Origin: a virus
Lineage: Duplodnaviria > Caudoviricetes
IMG/VR virus record: IMGVR_UViG_3300032305_000087
Location: 1-33,705 of that record
Strand: one strand, 5' to 3'
Length of the DNA: 33,705 bases
Part shown: positions 33,535 to 33,705 of the stretch, one piece after another
How the letters are laid out: each line of letters opens with the position of its first letter
How positions within the stretch are numbered: position 1 is the first letter of the stretch
Notes under the pieces: model-generated
Databases searched by the model: none
What the model was told of the DNA's origin: nothing
What the model saw: only the letters and a program-made list of their open reading frames with translations
Made by a program: the position numbers and the translations under genes

Positions 33535-33705
33535 CTGCGTCCAGTGCCGATTGCTGATGACGAAACAATGCACCCATGTCGCGGTGGCTATCGAGGAAAG
33601 CGATGCGCTTACTGACAAGCCAGCGCGTGAACTTGCTAGGGGTATCACAGGAACAGAGCAAACGTGGTGATGTGACGGCTAGCCCAACGATATGAGGGCG
33701 CTCTG

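Larger units (their letters stand above)
1..33705. mobile_element. Tailed dsDNA bacteriophage (Caudoviricetes, P22-like podovirus gene layout), partial genome
   Basis: Ordered terminase-portal-scaffold-capsid-adaptor-nozzle-ejection-fibre-lysis genes; no tape measure, sheath or tube gene; divergent early region; no host genes visible. Confidence 0.95.

Noticed and set aside
33473-33670. 65-aa ORF downstream of the consensus promoter
   Set aside because: It starts inside the structured RNA and has no recognisable motif; an icd/kil-like leader peptide cannot be excluded but is unsupported
1-33705. tRNA genes, CRISPR array, integrase/att sites, DNA polymerase or helicase
   Set aside because: None recognisable; intergenic space is minimal, and replication genes may lie outside the window

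Overview
The whole window is a tailed dsDNA phage genome segment with a P22-like podovirus layout, probably infecting a freshwater Betaproteobacterium (host is inferred only). There is no host DNA, integrase, CI repressor, tRNA or CRISPR array. Plus strand, 1-26528: a partial glycosyltransferase, terminase, portal, scaffold, major capsid, a Ser/Thr-rich decoration protein, a three-gene glyco-modification cassette, adaptor, nozzle, GNAT/gp14-like protein, three ejection proteins, several tail fibre modules and a lysis region. Minus strand, 26525-30460: early genes (ERF, YqaJ exonuclease, SSB-like, NrdR-like Zn ribbon, HNH). After a divergent promoter region the plus strand continues with cro-like, Mom-like, VRR-NUC and HNH-like genes, then a consensus promoter followed by a C4/P4-CI-like antisense RNA with targets on both sides. 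Most notable: (1) a probable virion glycosylation cassette (two Maf/DUF115 paralogues, one fused to a GT-B domain, plus a SAM methyltransferase) between the capsid and tail genes; (2) a T4 holin T-like protein beside a second holin; (3) the C4-like RNA switch; (4) a Mom-like DNA modifier behind cro. All family assignments come from motif recognition by eye, not database searches.
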